Shown: one piece after another, positions 43,661-52,514 of the stretch
How the letters are laid out: every line of letters begins with the position of its first letter
Numbering within the stretch: the stretch's first letter is position 1
DNA from: a virus
Length of the DNA: 64,000 nt
IMG/VR virus record: IMGVR_UViG_3300043632_000006
Coordinates: 1-64,000 of that record
Reading direction: 5' to 3' (one strand)
The notes under the pieces: generated by a model
What the model saw: only the letters and a program-made list of their open reading frames with translations
The model's database searches: none
Told to the model about the DNA's origin: nothing
Position numbers and translations under genes: made by a program

Positions 43661-44287
43661 ATGGCATGTATTGACAACTCGTCGGGCTGCGGCTGCCACC
43701 TGAGCGGCGGGAACTGCATCTCCATCACCGGGGATGGCTCCACGGGCAACCCCTACGTCATCGCACCAATCATCGACCCGAGTGGCAGCAATGCCCTGAC
43801 ATGCGGTGCTGCCGGACTGTTCGTCGCCTCTGCGATGGTTCCGGGTGCCACAATCCTCTATCCATCCAACACTCCCCCGGCAGGTTACCTAGCGTTGCTC
43901 GGGCAAGCGGTATCCCGAGTGACCTACGCGGCACTCAACGCGCTCGCCTCGGCGGCTTCTTATGCGGGGCTGTGGGGACCGGGGGACGGTGTCACCACAT
44001 TCAACGTTCCCAACATGCAGGGGATGTTCCCAGCCGGTGTGTCGGGGTCGGACGCGTCGTTTACCATCGGAGCCACCGGGGGTGAGAAAAACCACACGCT
44101 CACCACAGCCGAGATGCCGTCGCATACCCACACCTACCCGAATACAGGTGGCGTCGGTGGTGGGCCGAACATAGCGGAGGGTGCACCCAACGTCGGCACG
44201 GGGGCTCTCATCAACGCCACGGGTGGCGGAGCCGCGCACAACACGCTGCCTCCGTACCGTACGTGGGCGTTCATGATGAAGACATAA
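43661..44287 (+). CDS. Tail-collar-domain fibre protein
   Basis: 208 aa; ..PAGYLALLGQAVSRVTYAALNAL..GDGVTTFNVPNMQGMFP..GGEKNHTLTTAEMPSHTH..GGGAAHNTLPPY matches the phage tail collar pattern. Confidence 0.7.
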   Translation: MACIDNSSGCGCHLSGGNCISITGDGSTGNPYVIAPIIDPSGSNALTCGAAGLFVASAMVPGATILYPSNTPPAGYLALLGQAVSRVTYAALNALASAASYAGLWGPGDGVTTFNVPNMQGMFPAGVSGSDASFTIGATGGEKNHTLTTAEMPSHTHTYPNTGGVGGGPNIAEGAPNVGTGALINATGGGAAHNTLPPYRTWAFMMKT

Positions 44288-44294
44288 CGCCCAT

Positions 44295-44522
44295 ATGGCG
44301 CTCGTTAAGGGAAGCCTGCCGCTGGCGGCGATGGTCGCCGGGCGTACGTATCAGGTCACCTTCATGGGCACCGACGCGCGCTCTCTGAACGTCGTCGCCA
44401 AGCACTCCGGCACAGGGGCCACCCAGGTCGCGCTGGCATACAAGAGCGGGGCTATGGCAATCGACGTGGCCGCCATCACGAACATCGCTCTCAGCACCTC
44501 GGCGCTCACGGATCCGGCCTAG
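44295..44522 (+). CDS. Hypothetical protein (75 aa)
   Basis: ORF between tail genes. Confidence 0.5.
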   Translation: MALVKGSLPLAAMVAGRTYQVTFMGTDARSLNVVAKHSGTGATQVALAYKSGAMAIDVAAITNIALSTSALTDPA

Positions 44523-47500
44523 ATGGCAATCACCGTTGTCGGGAGCCTCGACTCTGCCACCGGGACCGCCCTTACCACCCTGACCCTGACCGCAGTCGCT
44601 GCCGTCGGGGACGTGCGGGTGCTTGTCACCAAGCTCGCGACGAGCACGATCAATGTCTCATCCATCAGCGGCGGGAACGCCACAACGTGGACGAAAGTGG
44701 CCGGGCCCACCAACGATACGAACGGGACCGTCAAGCGCCACGAGATGTGGATCGGGACGGTGGCAAACGGGAACACGTCGGGCCACGAGACGATCACCAT
44801 CACCTGGGCTTCCTCGACGGCGGGGCTGGCAACCGACCTCGACTGCCGGACGTTCTCCAACGGCAACACGGCGACGACATGGGCGCGCGATGGTTCGCAG
44901 TCCGGATTCAACAACAACGCCTCGGCGGCTACCATCACCTACCCAAGCCTCACCGCAGCAGGCTCGGGCGAACTTGCCGTCTACGGAGCGCGCGTACCGA
45001 GTGGAGGCTCCTACGGCACGCCGACGGGTGGGGGCTTTACGTGGGTCACCGCGACCGACGCCAACGGGAACCCGTACATCTACTCGGTGTCAGCCGGTTC
45101 GGGGACCGTGGCGCCGACACAGAGCACCACGGCAAGCGTCTCTCACGCCATCGGTGTCCTGCTCATCGCCTCGGCGGCGACCACCCACGTGCTGGCTGCT
45201 ACCGGGCTTGCCTCCACCACGGGCTCATTCGATATGTGCCTGCCTCCGGTGGTCACCGCGATCTCACCCGCCACTGGGACGGGATCGGGCGGGACCGCTG
45301 TCACCATCTCGGGACGGAACCTCTGGAACGCCACGGCTGTCAAGTTCGCCGCGGCCAGCGCCACGTCGGTTGTGGCCGGGACTATTGCCACCATTACGGC
45401 CGTCGGGACGCTCATCTCTGCGGTGGCGGCGCAGCAGACCACCCTCTCTGTCTCCCCTGCGGCGGCTGGGAACGTGCTCTGCCTGGCGGTGGAGACCAAG
45501 TTCACAGCGGGCCAGAACTATTCCTGCACGGGAGTCTCGGGAGGCGGTGTGCCTGCGGCCGGGAACTTCGGGGCGTGGACCCGCGCCATGCAGCTGCTCC
45601 CCGATGCCCAGGGGATCCACGAGATCTCCATCTGGTTCGGCATCGTCACAACGCCGGGAGCGGCCACCATCACGGCCACCTACAGCAACGCCGGGACGGT
45701 CTCTACGGAGATGGCCTGCCAGGAGTTCTCACCCTCGACGGGAGCCAACACGGCATGGGTGATCGATGTCGTGGGCGGCATCTCCAGCGGCGCTTCGACA
45801 TCCCCCCCCTACCCGTCCCTGACCCCGACCTCTACCGGAGAGTTCTATTTCGGCTTCATCCAATGGCCAGGGTCCGGCAGCGCCGGGGGGACTACCGGGT
45901 TCACCTATCAGACCGATGCGAACGGCAACCAGGTTGCCTACAACCTGAACGTCTCGGGCACGGTGTCACCGGTCGCCTCCAGCGCCTCCCAGGTGTCGTC
46001 CGCCGGCGGCGTGCTCCTACGGGCGATGGCCTCTCGGGTGACGTGCGTCTCACCATCGGGCAGTGGAGTGGTGGACGTCACGGTCGTCACGCCCTGCGGT
46101 ACGAGCGCCACCGTGGCGGCCGACCAGTTCACCTACACCGCCCTCGTGCTGGCGGCAGCGGGACTGGCATCCACGAGCGGGTCGTTCGCCCTTGCTGTGC
46201 TCAGGCCCCTCGCCTCGACAGGGCTGGCCGCGACGTCAGGCTCGTTCCTGATGGGCATCCCGCAGCCCTTGGCCGCTACCGGACTCGCGGCTACCACGGG
46301 CTCGTTCCTCATGGGCATTCCCCAGGTTCTCGCTGCCACCGGGCTTGCGTCCACCACAGGAGCGATGGCCCTGGTGGTAACGAGTCCCCTGGCGGCTACC
46401 GGGCTCGCCGCCACGTCGGGCTCGTTTGGCATCTCCGTTGGGCATGGGGTGGACCCGTTCGGCGCCGTGATGTCGGCAGCGCGGCCCAACATCCTCGACT
46501 GCGGGGTTTGGCGGGTGTTCGTCGCCACCCGGGGCGGGGGGCAGCTGCTGGCCGAACTTGACTACGAAACCCTCACCCTCAGCCGTAAGCTTAATGATGT
46601 GTCTACGTGCTCCGTGACCGTGCTGGCTGCCAAGAACGAGGACTGCATACCGGTCCTCGGGGATCTCGAGCCGTTCCAGCACGAGATCGTGGCGTTCCGC
46701 AACTACCGGCCCGGGGATGCTCCCTCGTGGGCCGGCCCGGTCACGGTGCCCTCCTGGGACCCGCTCAACCTCAACATCGGAGCCCGGGACCTCTTCACAT
46801 GGATTGAGCGCCGCACGCTGCCATTCACCCGGATCTTCAACGCTACGGACCTCGCGGACATCTTCGGCGGCTACCTCGCCGATGCGCTCGTGCAGGACGC
46901 CTCTCCCAACATCACGGCGTTCTTCCTGGGGGAGATCGGTATTACCGGCGCGCGGACGGTCACGGCGGCGTCGAACACCATCGCCGGGGACGCCCTGCGG
47001 GAGCTCAGCCGGTCGGGAGTGGACTTCACCTGTATCGGGCGCACGCTGCGCTACGGGGGCAAGGCGGCGAAGACTGCCAGCACCATCCTCTACGAGCCTG
47101 CCGTCCACCAGGACCCTGGGGGCAGCACGCCGAAGCTCACCAAGCAGGGGCTCAACATGGCGACGCGCGTGGTCGTGAAAGCAGCGCAGGACGCCGCCCT
47201 GAACCAGATCGTCAGCACCGTGGGATTCCCCGACGACGCGCACGGGCTCATCTCTCAGGTGGTCTCCGAGCCGCTGATCCTCGACCGGCTCTCGGCCACC
47301 CACGCCGCCGCCGACCGGCTGGCGTTCCTCAACCCAGCGCCGCTCTACCTCAACCTCCAGTTGACCCCGCAGGCACCGATCCGATTCGATGAGCTCATCC
47401 CTGGCATCCGCATCGACACCGCCTTTTCCCTCGGGCTGACGACCGCGCAGGGGACGTTCCGGCTCCAGGCCGTTGATGTGACGAGCGGGGCCGCTGGCGA

Positions 47501-47537
47501 GATCGTCGGGCTGACCCTCGTGCCGCTGGTGGTCTGA
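44523..47537 (+). CDS. Large multidomain minor tail protein
   Basis: 1004 aa. Two beta-rich modules, two IPT/TIG-like segments (PPVVTAISPATGTGSGGTAVTISG; RVTCVSPSGSGVVDVTVVTPCG), six LAATGLAATxGS repeats, and a C-terminal ~360 aa (VWRVFVATRGGGQLLAEL..) like actinophage tail-tip (Dit/Tal-type) proteins. Confidence 0.7.
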   Translation: MAITVVGSLDSATGTALTTLTLTAVAAVGDVRVLVTKLATSTINVSSISGGNATTWTKVAGPTNDTNGTVKRHEMWIGTVANGNTSGHETITITWASSTAGLATDLDCRTFSNGNTATTWARDGSQSGFNNNASAATITYPSLTAAGSGELAVYGARVPSGGSYGTPTGGGFTWVTATDANGNPYIYSVSAGSGTVAPTQSTTASVSHAIGVLLIASAATTHVLAATGLASTTGSFDMCLPPVVTAISPATGTGSGGTAVTISGRNLWNATAVKFAAASATSVVAGTIATITAVGTLISAVAAQQTTLSVSPAAAGNVLCLAVETKFTAGQNYSCTGVSGGGVPAAGNFGAWTRAMQLLPDAQGIHEISIWFGIVTTPGAATITATYSNAGTVSTEMACQEFSPSTGANTAWVIDVVGGISSGASTSPPYPSLTPTSTGEFYFGFIQWPGSGSAGGTTGFTYQTDANGNQVAYNLNVSGTVSPVASSASQVSSAGGVLLRAMASRVTCVSPSGSGVVDVTVVTPCGTSATVAADQFTYTALVLAAAGLASTSGSFALAVLRPLASTGLAATSGSFLMGIPQPLAATGLAATTGSFLMGIPQVLAATGLASTTGAMALVVTSPLAATGLAATSGSFGISVGHGVDPFGAVMSAARPNILDCGVWRVFVATRGGGQLLAELDYETLTLSRKLNDVSTCSVTVLAAKNEDCIPVLGDLEPFQHEIVAFRNYRPGDAPSWAGPVTVPSWDPLNLNIGARDLFTWIERRTLPFTRIFNATDLADIFGGYLADALVQDASPNITAFFLGEIGITGARTVTAASNTIAGDALRELSRSGVDFTCIGRTLRYGGKAAKTASTILYEPAVHQDPGGSTPKLTKQGLNMATRVVVKAAQDAALNQIVSTVGFPDDAHGLISQVVSEPLILDRLSATHAAADRLAFLNPAPLYLNLQLTPQAPIRFDELIPGIRIDTAFSLGLTTAQGTFRLQAVDVTSGAAGEIVGLTLVPLVV
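46143..46440 (+). repeat. Five tandem ~60-nt coding repeats of the same motif as 35396-35749
   Basis: LVLAAAGLASTSGSFALAV / LRPLASTGLAATSGSFLMGI / PQPLAATGLAATTGSFLMGI / PQVLAATGLASTTGAMALVV / TSPLAATGLAATSGSFGISV; a sixth isolated copy at about 45186-45245. Confidence 0.85.
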
Positions 47538-48193
47538 TGACCTACTCCGGGCAGCCCCAGGAACTGCCGGGAATCGTCGCGGACCTGGACGAGCGGCTCC
47601 GGGCGCTGGAGGCGCGGTTCCTTGTCGCCGGCCCGCAGGGACCGACCGGGCCCGCGGGATCAAGTTCCACGGGCATCTCGCCGTGGCTGCCGATCAAGAG
47701 CGCCCTTGTGACGCCTGGGCTCTCGCCGGTCGCCTCCGTGAACTTCCCCATCCCGCTCGGCTTCCACCACCTCGTCATGTTCTGGAAGGGCCGCTCGGAC
47801 GCCGCGGTGACGAACCAGGCCTTGGTGGCGCAGTTCAACGGGGACTCGGGCAACAACTACTACTGGGAGCCGCTGGATGCCACGAACACGACCGTGGCCG
47901 CTTCCGGCTCTGGCGGTGTCAACGCCCTCCGCGTGGGGATCATCCCGGGGGCCAATGCCACGGCCAACATCTTCGGCGGCGGGATGGTCACATTCCCCTT
48001 CCACGCCGACGCTCACTACAAGCTCGGTCTGGCGTCATCGAACGCCTCCACGACGCTACTGGGAACCGGCCAGCAGCTCGAACTCAGCGGAGGCTTCTGG
48101 GCCAACGCCGCGGCCATCACGTCCGTCCTCGTCTTCCCCAGCGCCGGGGGGCTCATCACCGACAGCGAATTGACGATGTGGGGAATCGTATGA
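47537..48193 (+). CDS. Minor tail protein with short collagen-like stretch
   Basis: 218 aa; GPQGPTGPAG; TGATG overlap. Confidence 0.6.
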   Translation: MTYSGQPQELPGIVADLDERLRALEARFLVAGPQGPTGPAGSSSTGISPWLPIKSALVTPGLSPVASVNFPIPLGFHHLVMFWKGRSDAAVTNQALVAQFNGDSGNNYYWEPLDATNTTVAASGSGGVNALRVGIIPGANATANIFGGGMVTFPFHADAHYKLGLASSNASTTLLGTGQQLELSGGFWANAAAITSVLVFPSAGGLITDSELTMWGIV

Positions 48194-48209
48194 GCGAAGG
48201 GAGTCAGGG

Positions 48210-48521
48210 ATGACGAATCGGATCGTGTTCACCGGGCAGGGTCAGGTGGTGATGCCGCTCAGCGCAGCGGAGCAGGCCGACTACGACGCCCGCCTGGCCG
48301 ATGCACCCAATGTCGAGGCCGCTGCCCAGACGCAGCGGTCGAACGGCGTCACGCTCCGCCAGCGGGCACAAGGGGCTCTAGCGGCCAACGCTGCCTTTCT
48401 TGCCCTTCCGGCCGCTCAGCAGCAGGTCCAAGCGGTCGCTCAGACCGTTCGGCTTACCCAGCAGGTCACAGGACTGATCCGGCTCGCCATCGGGGCGCTG
48501 GACTCAACAGCAGGCTCATAG
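48210..48521 (+). CDS. Hypothetical protein (103 aa)
   Basis: RBS-preceded ATG. Confidence 0.55.
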   Translation: MTNRIVFTGQGQVVMPLSAAEQADYDARLADAPNVEAAAQTQRSNGVTLRQRAQGALAANAAFLALPAAQQQVQAVAQTVRLTQQVTGLIRLAIGALDSTAGS

Positions 48522-48534
48522 AAGGGGGGAGAGC

Positions 48535-49395
48535 ATGAGATGCCCATTCGCTGAGTGGCGAGGACCCATCTCCAACCGATACCCCGGTGGGATGGTGAAG
48601 CCGATCCTGGGAGCCATCGAACACGCCATGGACGGCTCCTGGCACGGCGGGGTGTTCTACGCCGGGACGCTGCTCGGCACCGACGGCTGGTTCCGCAATC
48701 CTGCCTCCCAGTCGAGCTCCAACTTTGGCACCGCCCGGGATGGAACCCTCTTCCAATGGGTCGACACCGACGACGCAGCATGGGCGCAGGAAGCGGGCAA
48801 TCCCTACTACGTGAGCATCGAGAACGAGGCCGTAGCCTCCGTGTGGGCGCAGCACCCCGCTCCGGACGCACTGACGGACGCGCAGATCGCTACGAACGGC
48901 AAGCTCATCCGCTGGCTCCACGAGGCCGAGGGGATGGCTCTCCAACTCTCGGATGCCCCGGGCGCCAAGGGGCTCGGCTGGCACGGGATGGGTGGGGCCA
49001 GTTACGGGGGGCACACCGCGTGTCCCGGCAACCCGATCAAGGCTCAGCGCGTCCATATCCTGGCGCTGGCAGCCGGCCAGCCCGTTCCTCCCCCACTCCC
49101 GAAAGGAGCCGCCATGTTCAGCCCTCCCCTGCAGGTCGTCGCCCTTCTCCAGCCGAGCGCCGGGGGAGGCGGATGGAACCTCCTCGCCGACGGTGGTGTC
49201 GAGAACGTCGGCAACGCCCCTCTGCGCGGCTCCCCCGTCGGCCAGCCCTACTGGGCAGGGCACACCGCCCATCACCTTGACTGGCCGACAAGCGCCGCCG
49301 AGAAACAGCAGGCGCAGGCGAGGGGCTGGGGGCTCACCGACTGCTACATCGTGGTCGATGACAAGGGGGCACGCTACGGACCCGTTTTCAGCTAG
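48535..49395 (+). CDS. Endolysin, N-acetylmuramoyl-L-alanine amidase (Amidase_2/PGRP-type) with C-terminal domain
   Basis: 286 aa; ..NFGTARDGTLFQWVD..AWAQEAGNPYYVSIENE..LGWHGMGG..HTACPGNP.. Confidence 0.8.
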   Translation: MRCPFAEWRGPISNRYPGGMVKPILGAIEHAMDGSWHGGVFYAGTLLGTDGWFRNPASQSSSNFGTARDGTLFQWVDTDDAAWAQEAGNPYYVSIENEAVASVWAQHPAPDALTDAQIATNGKLIRWLHEAEGMALQLSDAPGAKGLGWHGMGGASYGGHTACPGNPIKAQRVHILALAAGQPVPPPLPKGAAMFSPPLQVVALLQPSAGGGGWNLLADGGVENVGNAPLRGSPVGQPYWAGHTAHHLDWPTSAAEKQQAQARGWGLTDCYIVVDDKGARYGPVFS

Positions 49396-49479
49396 GGCGC
49401 TGTGCGGCTGACACGCAGGGATCTAGCCCTGATGGTCGTGGGGGCGCTGATCGTCGGCGGGTCGTGGGTCCGGGATGGC

Positions 49480-49713
49480 CTATGTCCTGCGGGCGGTGGT
49501 CCGGTGAGTCCTTGTCGGTTTGACCTTTGTCGCCTGCTTCTTCTCGGCCTGCTCATGGGCTCGCTCGCTGACAGCACGGCAGATCAGTCGGAAGGCGCAG
49601 TAGGCATTAAAGACTTCCTCCCAGTCCCGAGCGGTTAGCGGGCACTCACGGAGAAACTCGTGGCCGCAGTCCGGGCGCTGACGATAGCCGTCCAGCGGGG
49701 AGGAGGGGTTCAT
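49480..49713 (-). CDS. Hypothetical Cys-containing protein (77 aa)
   Basis: ATGA overlap with upstream gene; C-terminal extent uncertain. Confidence 0.5.
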   Translation of the reverse strand: MNPSSPLDGYRQRPDCGHEFLRECPLTARDWEEVFNAYCAFRLICRAVSERAHEQAEKKQATKVKPTRTHRTTARRT

Positions 49714-50249
49714 TTGGTCGTCGCTCCCTTCCGCTTCCGGACCCGTTTGGACGCTGTCTGCTCATGCTGGAGCCTTCCGGCCAGAACGCGCTCGGCCAGA
49801 TACTCAGCGATATCGGAGGGCGACACTGCCCGCGGGCCCCGGCGCTCCCGAGCGAAGGCTGCCTGCGCTGCTTCCCGGTACTTCTCGAGGGCTTGCCGGT
49901 CGCCCCTCGGCACGACCATCCTCCTGCCCCCCTGGGGCACCCTGGGCCGGTCGCTCAGCGCCCCAGGCTCCAGGTCCGGAATCTCATAGACCTCCAGAAG
50001 CGCCAGGACGTGGCCGATCTCGTCTCCCCACCGAAACGGATAGGGACCCGAACCGCGGAGCTCTGGCGTGAACCGGGCCAGCACGTCGGCGGCGCGGTCG
50101 GTGAGGCGCAGCGTCGTCATATCCGGCTGCTCCCCCACCGGCAGGTCGTAGGTGTCCCGCAACTTGGCGGTGCTGATGATCCCCTCTTCGTCCAGCGCCC
50201 GGTAGAGCTTGTCTAGCTCGTCGCGTGGCTCCCGGTAGCGGCGGGTCAT
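49710..50249 (-). CDS. Hypothetical protein (179 aa), basic C-terminus
   Basis: ATGA overlaps both sides. Confidence 0.6.
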   Translation of the reverse strand: MTRRYREPRDELDKLYRALDEEGIISTAKLRDTYDLPVGEQPDMTTLRLTDRAADVLARFTPELRGSGPYPFRWGDEIGHVLALLEVYEIPDLEPGALSDRPRVPQGGRRMVVPRGDRQALEKYREAAQAAFARERRGPRAVSPSDIAEYLAERVLAGRLQHEQTASKRVRKRKGATTK

Positions 50250-50692
50250 GCGCCACCACGTATACGGCGGATGGCTTCCTCGGGGCTGGGCGAACCTGGG
50301 GGCGCTGGCGCTATGCCTCGGGCTTTCTTATAGTCGTCAGTGGGGGGGTCGGTGAGGTGTTGCATGCGCTCCCACGCTTCTCGCCACGGGATACCGTTGA
50401 TCCCGATATGTCCACCGTCAAGCAGAGTCTCTGCGAACTCCAGGCGCTTCATGCTGGGCTCGTAGTACGCCTCCAGGATAGGCAGAGCGGCGTCTAGGGT
50501 GGCCTGGACGGACGCGGCGTCCAGAGCTTTGGCGGCGTCGCTCAGGTCGCTGTAGGGCACCATCAGTTCCTCGCCTGTCTCGCTCTTGCGGCTGGTGACG
50601 CCTTGGGAGAACTTCGCTCCCATCCAGGCGTCATGGACCGCTTCGCAGGCGGCGGCTTCGATCTCAACTCGGAGCGTTTCGGGGATCGTCAT
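50246..50692 (-). CDS. RyR-domain-like protein
   Basis: 148 aa; ..AVHDAWMGAKFSQGV..LMVPYSDLSDAAKALDAASV.. resembles the RyR repeat pattern; tentative. Confidence 0.45.
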   Translation of the reverse strand: MTIPETLRVEIEAAACEAVHDAWMGAKFSQGVTSRKSETGEELMVPYSDLSDAAKALDAASVQATLDAALPILEAYYEPSMKRLEFAETLLDGGHIGINGIPWREAWERMQHLTDPPTDDYKKARGIAPAPPGSPSPEEAIRRIRGGA

Positions 50693-50721
50693 GCGGGCTC
50701 CTTTCCAGGGCTAGACGCTAG

Positions 50722-50955
50722 CTACAGCCCTATTGGCGGGTGATAACCACCGCCGTACCTCGGCACTGGTGTATGACAGCGTGCATGCCCGAGGTAAAGT
50801 TCCTTGGGACCGTCCACCTCATTCCCGACGCACAGGCACTGACACTCACAGCCCTCATGCATGCACTCGGTGGTGTCGTCGTCCGGTCCTGAGGCGTGAT
50901 CAGAGCTGGGGTGTCCGCAGTCACAGATCATCTCGTCCTCTTCCATCTCTGGCAC
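50722..50955 (-). CDS. Small Cys/His-rich protein
   Basis: Track ORF 50722-50991; GTG 50955 has RBS gagaggggag; ICDCGHPSSDH..CMHEGCECQCLC. Confidence 0.5.
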   Translation of the reverse strand: MPEMEEDEMICDCGHPSSDHASGPDDDTTECMHEGCECQCLCVGNEVDGPKELYLGHARCHTPVPRYGGGYHPPIGL

Positions 50956-51000
50956 TTGGGCTCCCCTCTCTGTCGGTTTCCCGCGTATCATAACTGCCTA

Positions 51001-51030
51001 TGGACATCCTCGTCCCGTATTTGGTAGGAT
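51001..51030 (+). promoter_or_regulatory. Conserved phage promoter (copy A)
   Basis: TGGACA 51001-51006, 18-nt spacer, TAGGAT 51025-51030 with upstream TG; 22-nt block ctgcctatggacatcctcgtcc is 20/22 identical to 59743-59764. Confidence 0.5.
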
Positions 51031-51105
51031 GAATCCAGAAAACGTTGCTCCCGGCACCCGCTGTAACGGGCCCGGGAGCTGCCCGAACCTGATTGGAGGT
51101 CCGAG

Positions 51106-51285
51106 GTGCCAGAGCCTACTGCTTCGCAGCCCGTTCCTGCCCCAGAACCCGCCACCGCGCCCAACGCCCTTTGGGCACGGCTGCGCGACGTGTCGGTGCG
51201 TCCCAGCCGTCAGGAGGTACTCGTCTCCATCCCGAACCTGGCGGGCGGGGCTCACCTGGGAGTAGTGCAGGTCAGCCGGAACTGA
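51106..51285 (+). CDS. Possible 59-aa protein
   Basis: GTG 51106 preceded by ttggaggtccgag; below track cutoff. Confidence 0.3.
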   Translation: MPEPTASQPVPAPEPATAPNALWARLRDVSVRPSRQEVLVSIPNLAGGAHLGVVQVSRN

Positions 51286-51307
51286 TTTTCCGACGCGGCC
51301 AAAAGGT

Positions 51308-51320
51308 GCCGCTTAGTGTC
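51308..51320. promoter_or_regulatory. Operator-like palindrome copy (GCCGCTTAGTGTC), also the loop and arms of hairpin GGTGCCG..CGGCACC 51305-51326
   Basis: 2 mismatches to GACGCTTAGCGTC. Confidence 0.35.
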
Positions 51321-51363
51321 GGCACCCACCGTTACGATTAGAGAGGGACAAGGGGGAACGAAG

Positions 51364-51561
51364 ATGGAATCGGCAGCAGAGTACCTGCGGGACTGCGTTG
51401 AGGCAATGGCAGACGGCCCGTTGGAGTCGGCGGTGAGCACCATCGTGCGGCTAGAGCAGATCGCAGACGACCTCGACGCACTTCTAGGCTCGCCGCTACC
51501 ACCCCCCTGGGGTAGCAAAGGCCACAGTGCCGAGCAGCGGTTGCGGCGGGGCGGCGATTGA
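51364..51561 (+). CDS. Hypothetical protein (65 aa)
   Basis: ATG 51364 with RBS agggggaacgaag. Confidence 0.55.
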   Translation: MESAAEYLRDCVEAMADGPLESAVSTIVRLEQIADDLDALLGSPLPPPWGSKGHSAEQRLRRGGD

Positions 51562-52514
51562 TGAGCGATATCGCAGAAGAGGCGCTGCGGGAGCAGATCA
51601 AGCCGTTGATCGAGCGGGCCGTCTTGGCGGGCAACCCAGAGGACACCGATATCCAGACCGCCGAGCGTGCTGTTCGCCTGGCCTTGGCGACTGACCCTAA
51701 CTCCAAGGCCATGTCGCATGCCGTTCGCATCCTCACGGCTCAACGCTTCTACGTTGAGCGCGTTGAGTCTGTGCGGCTGGAAGAGCACACCAAGCGCGGC
51801 ATCGTGCGCTTCGTCTCACCCGTGACGGCCAAGAGCAAGAAGGGATGGGACGAGCTTCGGACCGATCCACTTTGGACCGAAGAGGGTCGGCAGATGTTCG
51901 ACCGCATGAAGGCTTCCATTGGCCACGGCGGCATGGTGTTCAAGCAGGTGGAGGACGCTGGTGTATTCCCCGAGGACACGAAGTTGAGGGACGCCGACGG
52001 CAACAGCCTGGCAGGGCAGATTCGCAAATCCAAGGTCATCGTCTACTTCATCGACCAAGGCGAACAGGACGGGGCGGTGCCTGAGAGGGTTGACGAACCA
52101 ACCGCGCGGGTCGCGCACGAGAAGCCCTACGACCCGGCACCGAAGGTGGAGACGCTCACCGCCCCCCGGGTCAAGCCCACGCCGATGCGGGAGGAGGACC
52201 GGCAGGCCCAGGCCGCCGCGGATGCTGCGATGGGATCGCCTGAGCCGGCGGAGCCCGTCGGGGAGGATTGGAAGCGGGACGAGACCGTGGCGCCGACGGG
52301 GAGCCCCACGGAACAGCGCAACAAGATCCTGGAGCTGGCGCAGCACATCGGGCGCGCGGATGCTCGGGACCGTGCCTCGGCTGCCGTGGGCTACGACGTG
52401 AGCGCTCTCATCGTCCCGGAGCTCCGCAGCGCCGCGGATGCCGCCAAGGTCATCGTCGCCCTCCAGAACGCCTGGAATGAGATCCAGGTGCAGCGCAAGC
52501 AGGCGGCGTCGTGA
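51558..52514 (+). CDS. Hypothetical protein (318 aa)
   Basis: ATGA overlap; no motif recognised. Confidence 0.65.
   Translation: MMSDIAEEALREQIKPLIERAVLAGNPEDTDIQTAERAVRLALATDPNSKAMSHAVRILTAQRFYVERVESVRLEEHTKRGIVRFVSPVTAKSKKGWDELRTDPLWTEEGRQMFDRMKASIGHGGMVFKQVEDAGVFPEDTKLRDADGNSLAGQIRKSKVIVYFIDQGEQDGAVPERVDEPTARVAHEKPYDPAPKVETLTAPRVKPTPMREEDRQAQAAADAAMGSPEPAEPVGEDWKRDETVAPTGSPTEQRNKILELAQHIGRADARDRASAAVGYDVSALIVPELRSAADAAKVIVALQNAWNEIQVQRKQAAS

Noticed and set aside
44687-46561. 624-aa alternate-frame plus ORF, and the 475-aa antisense ORF 46236-47663, within the 1004-aa tail gene
   Set aside because: Arg/Gly/His-rich nonsense-like sequences. The chosen frame shows IPT/TIG-like segments, tandem repeats and tail-tip domains.
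49402-49638. 78-aa plus ORF with two hydrophobic stretches, as a holin candidate after the endolysin
   Set aside because: It overlaps the better-supported minus ORF 49480-49713, and its codon quality drops after the first ~25 codons. I kept it only as a note in a finding.
51226-51250. tccatcccgaacctggcggg, resembling a 5S rRNA/tRNA-like segment
   Set aside because: Only a short similarity. No cloverleaf or 5S helices can be drawn, and I found no tRNA-like acceptor/T-arm pairing anywhere in the intergenic regions.
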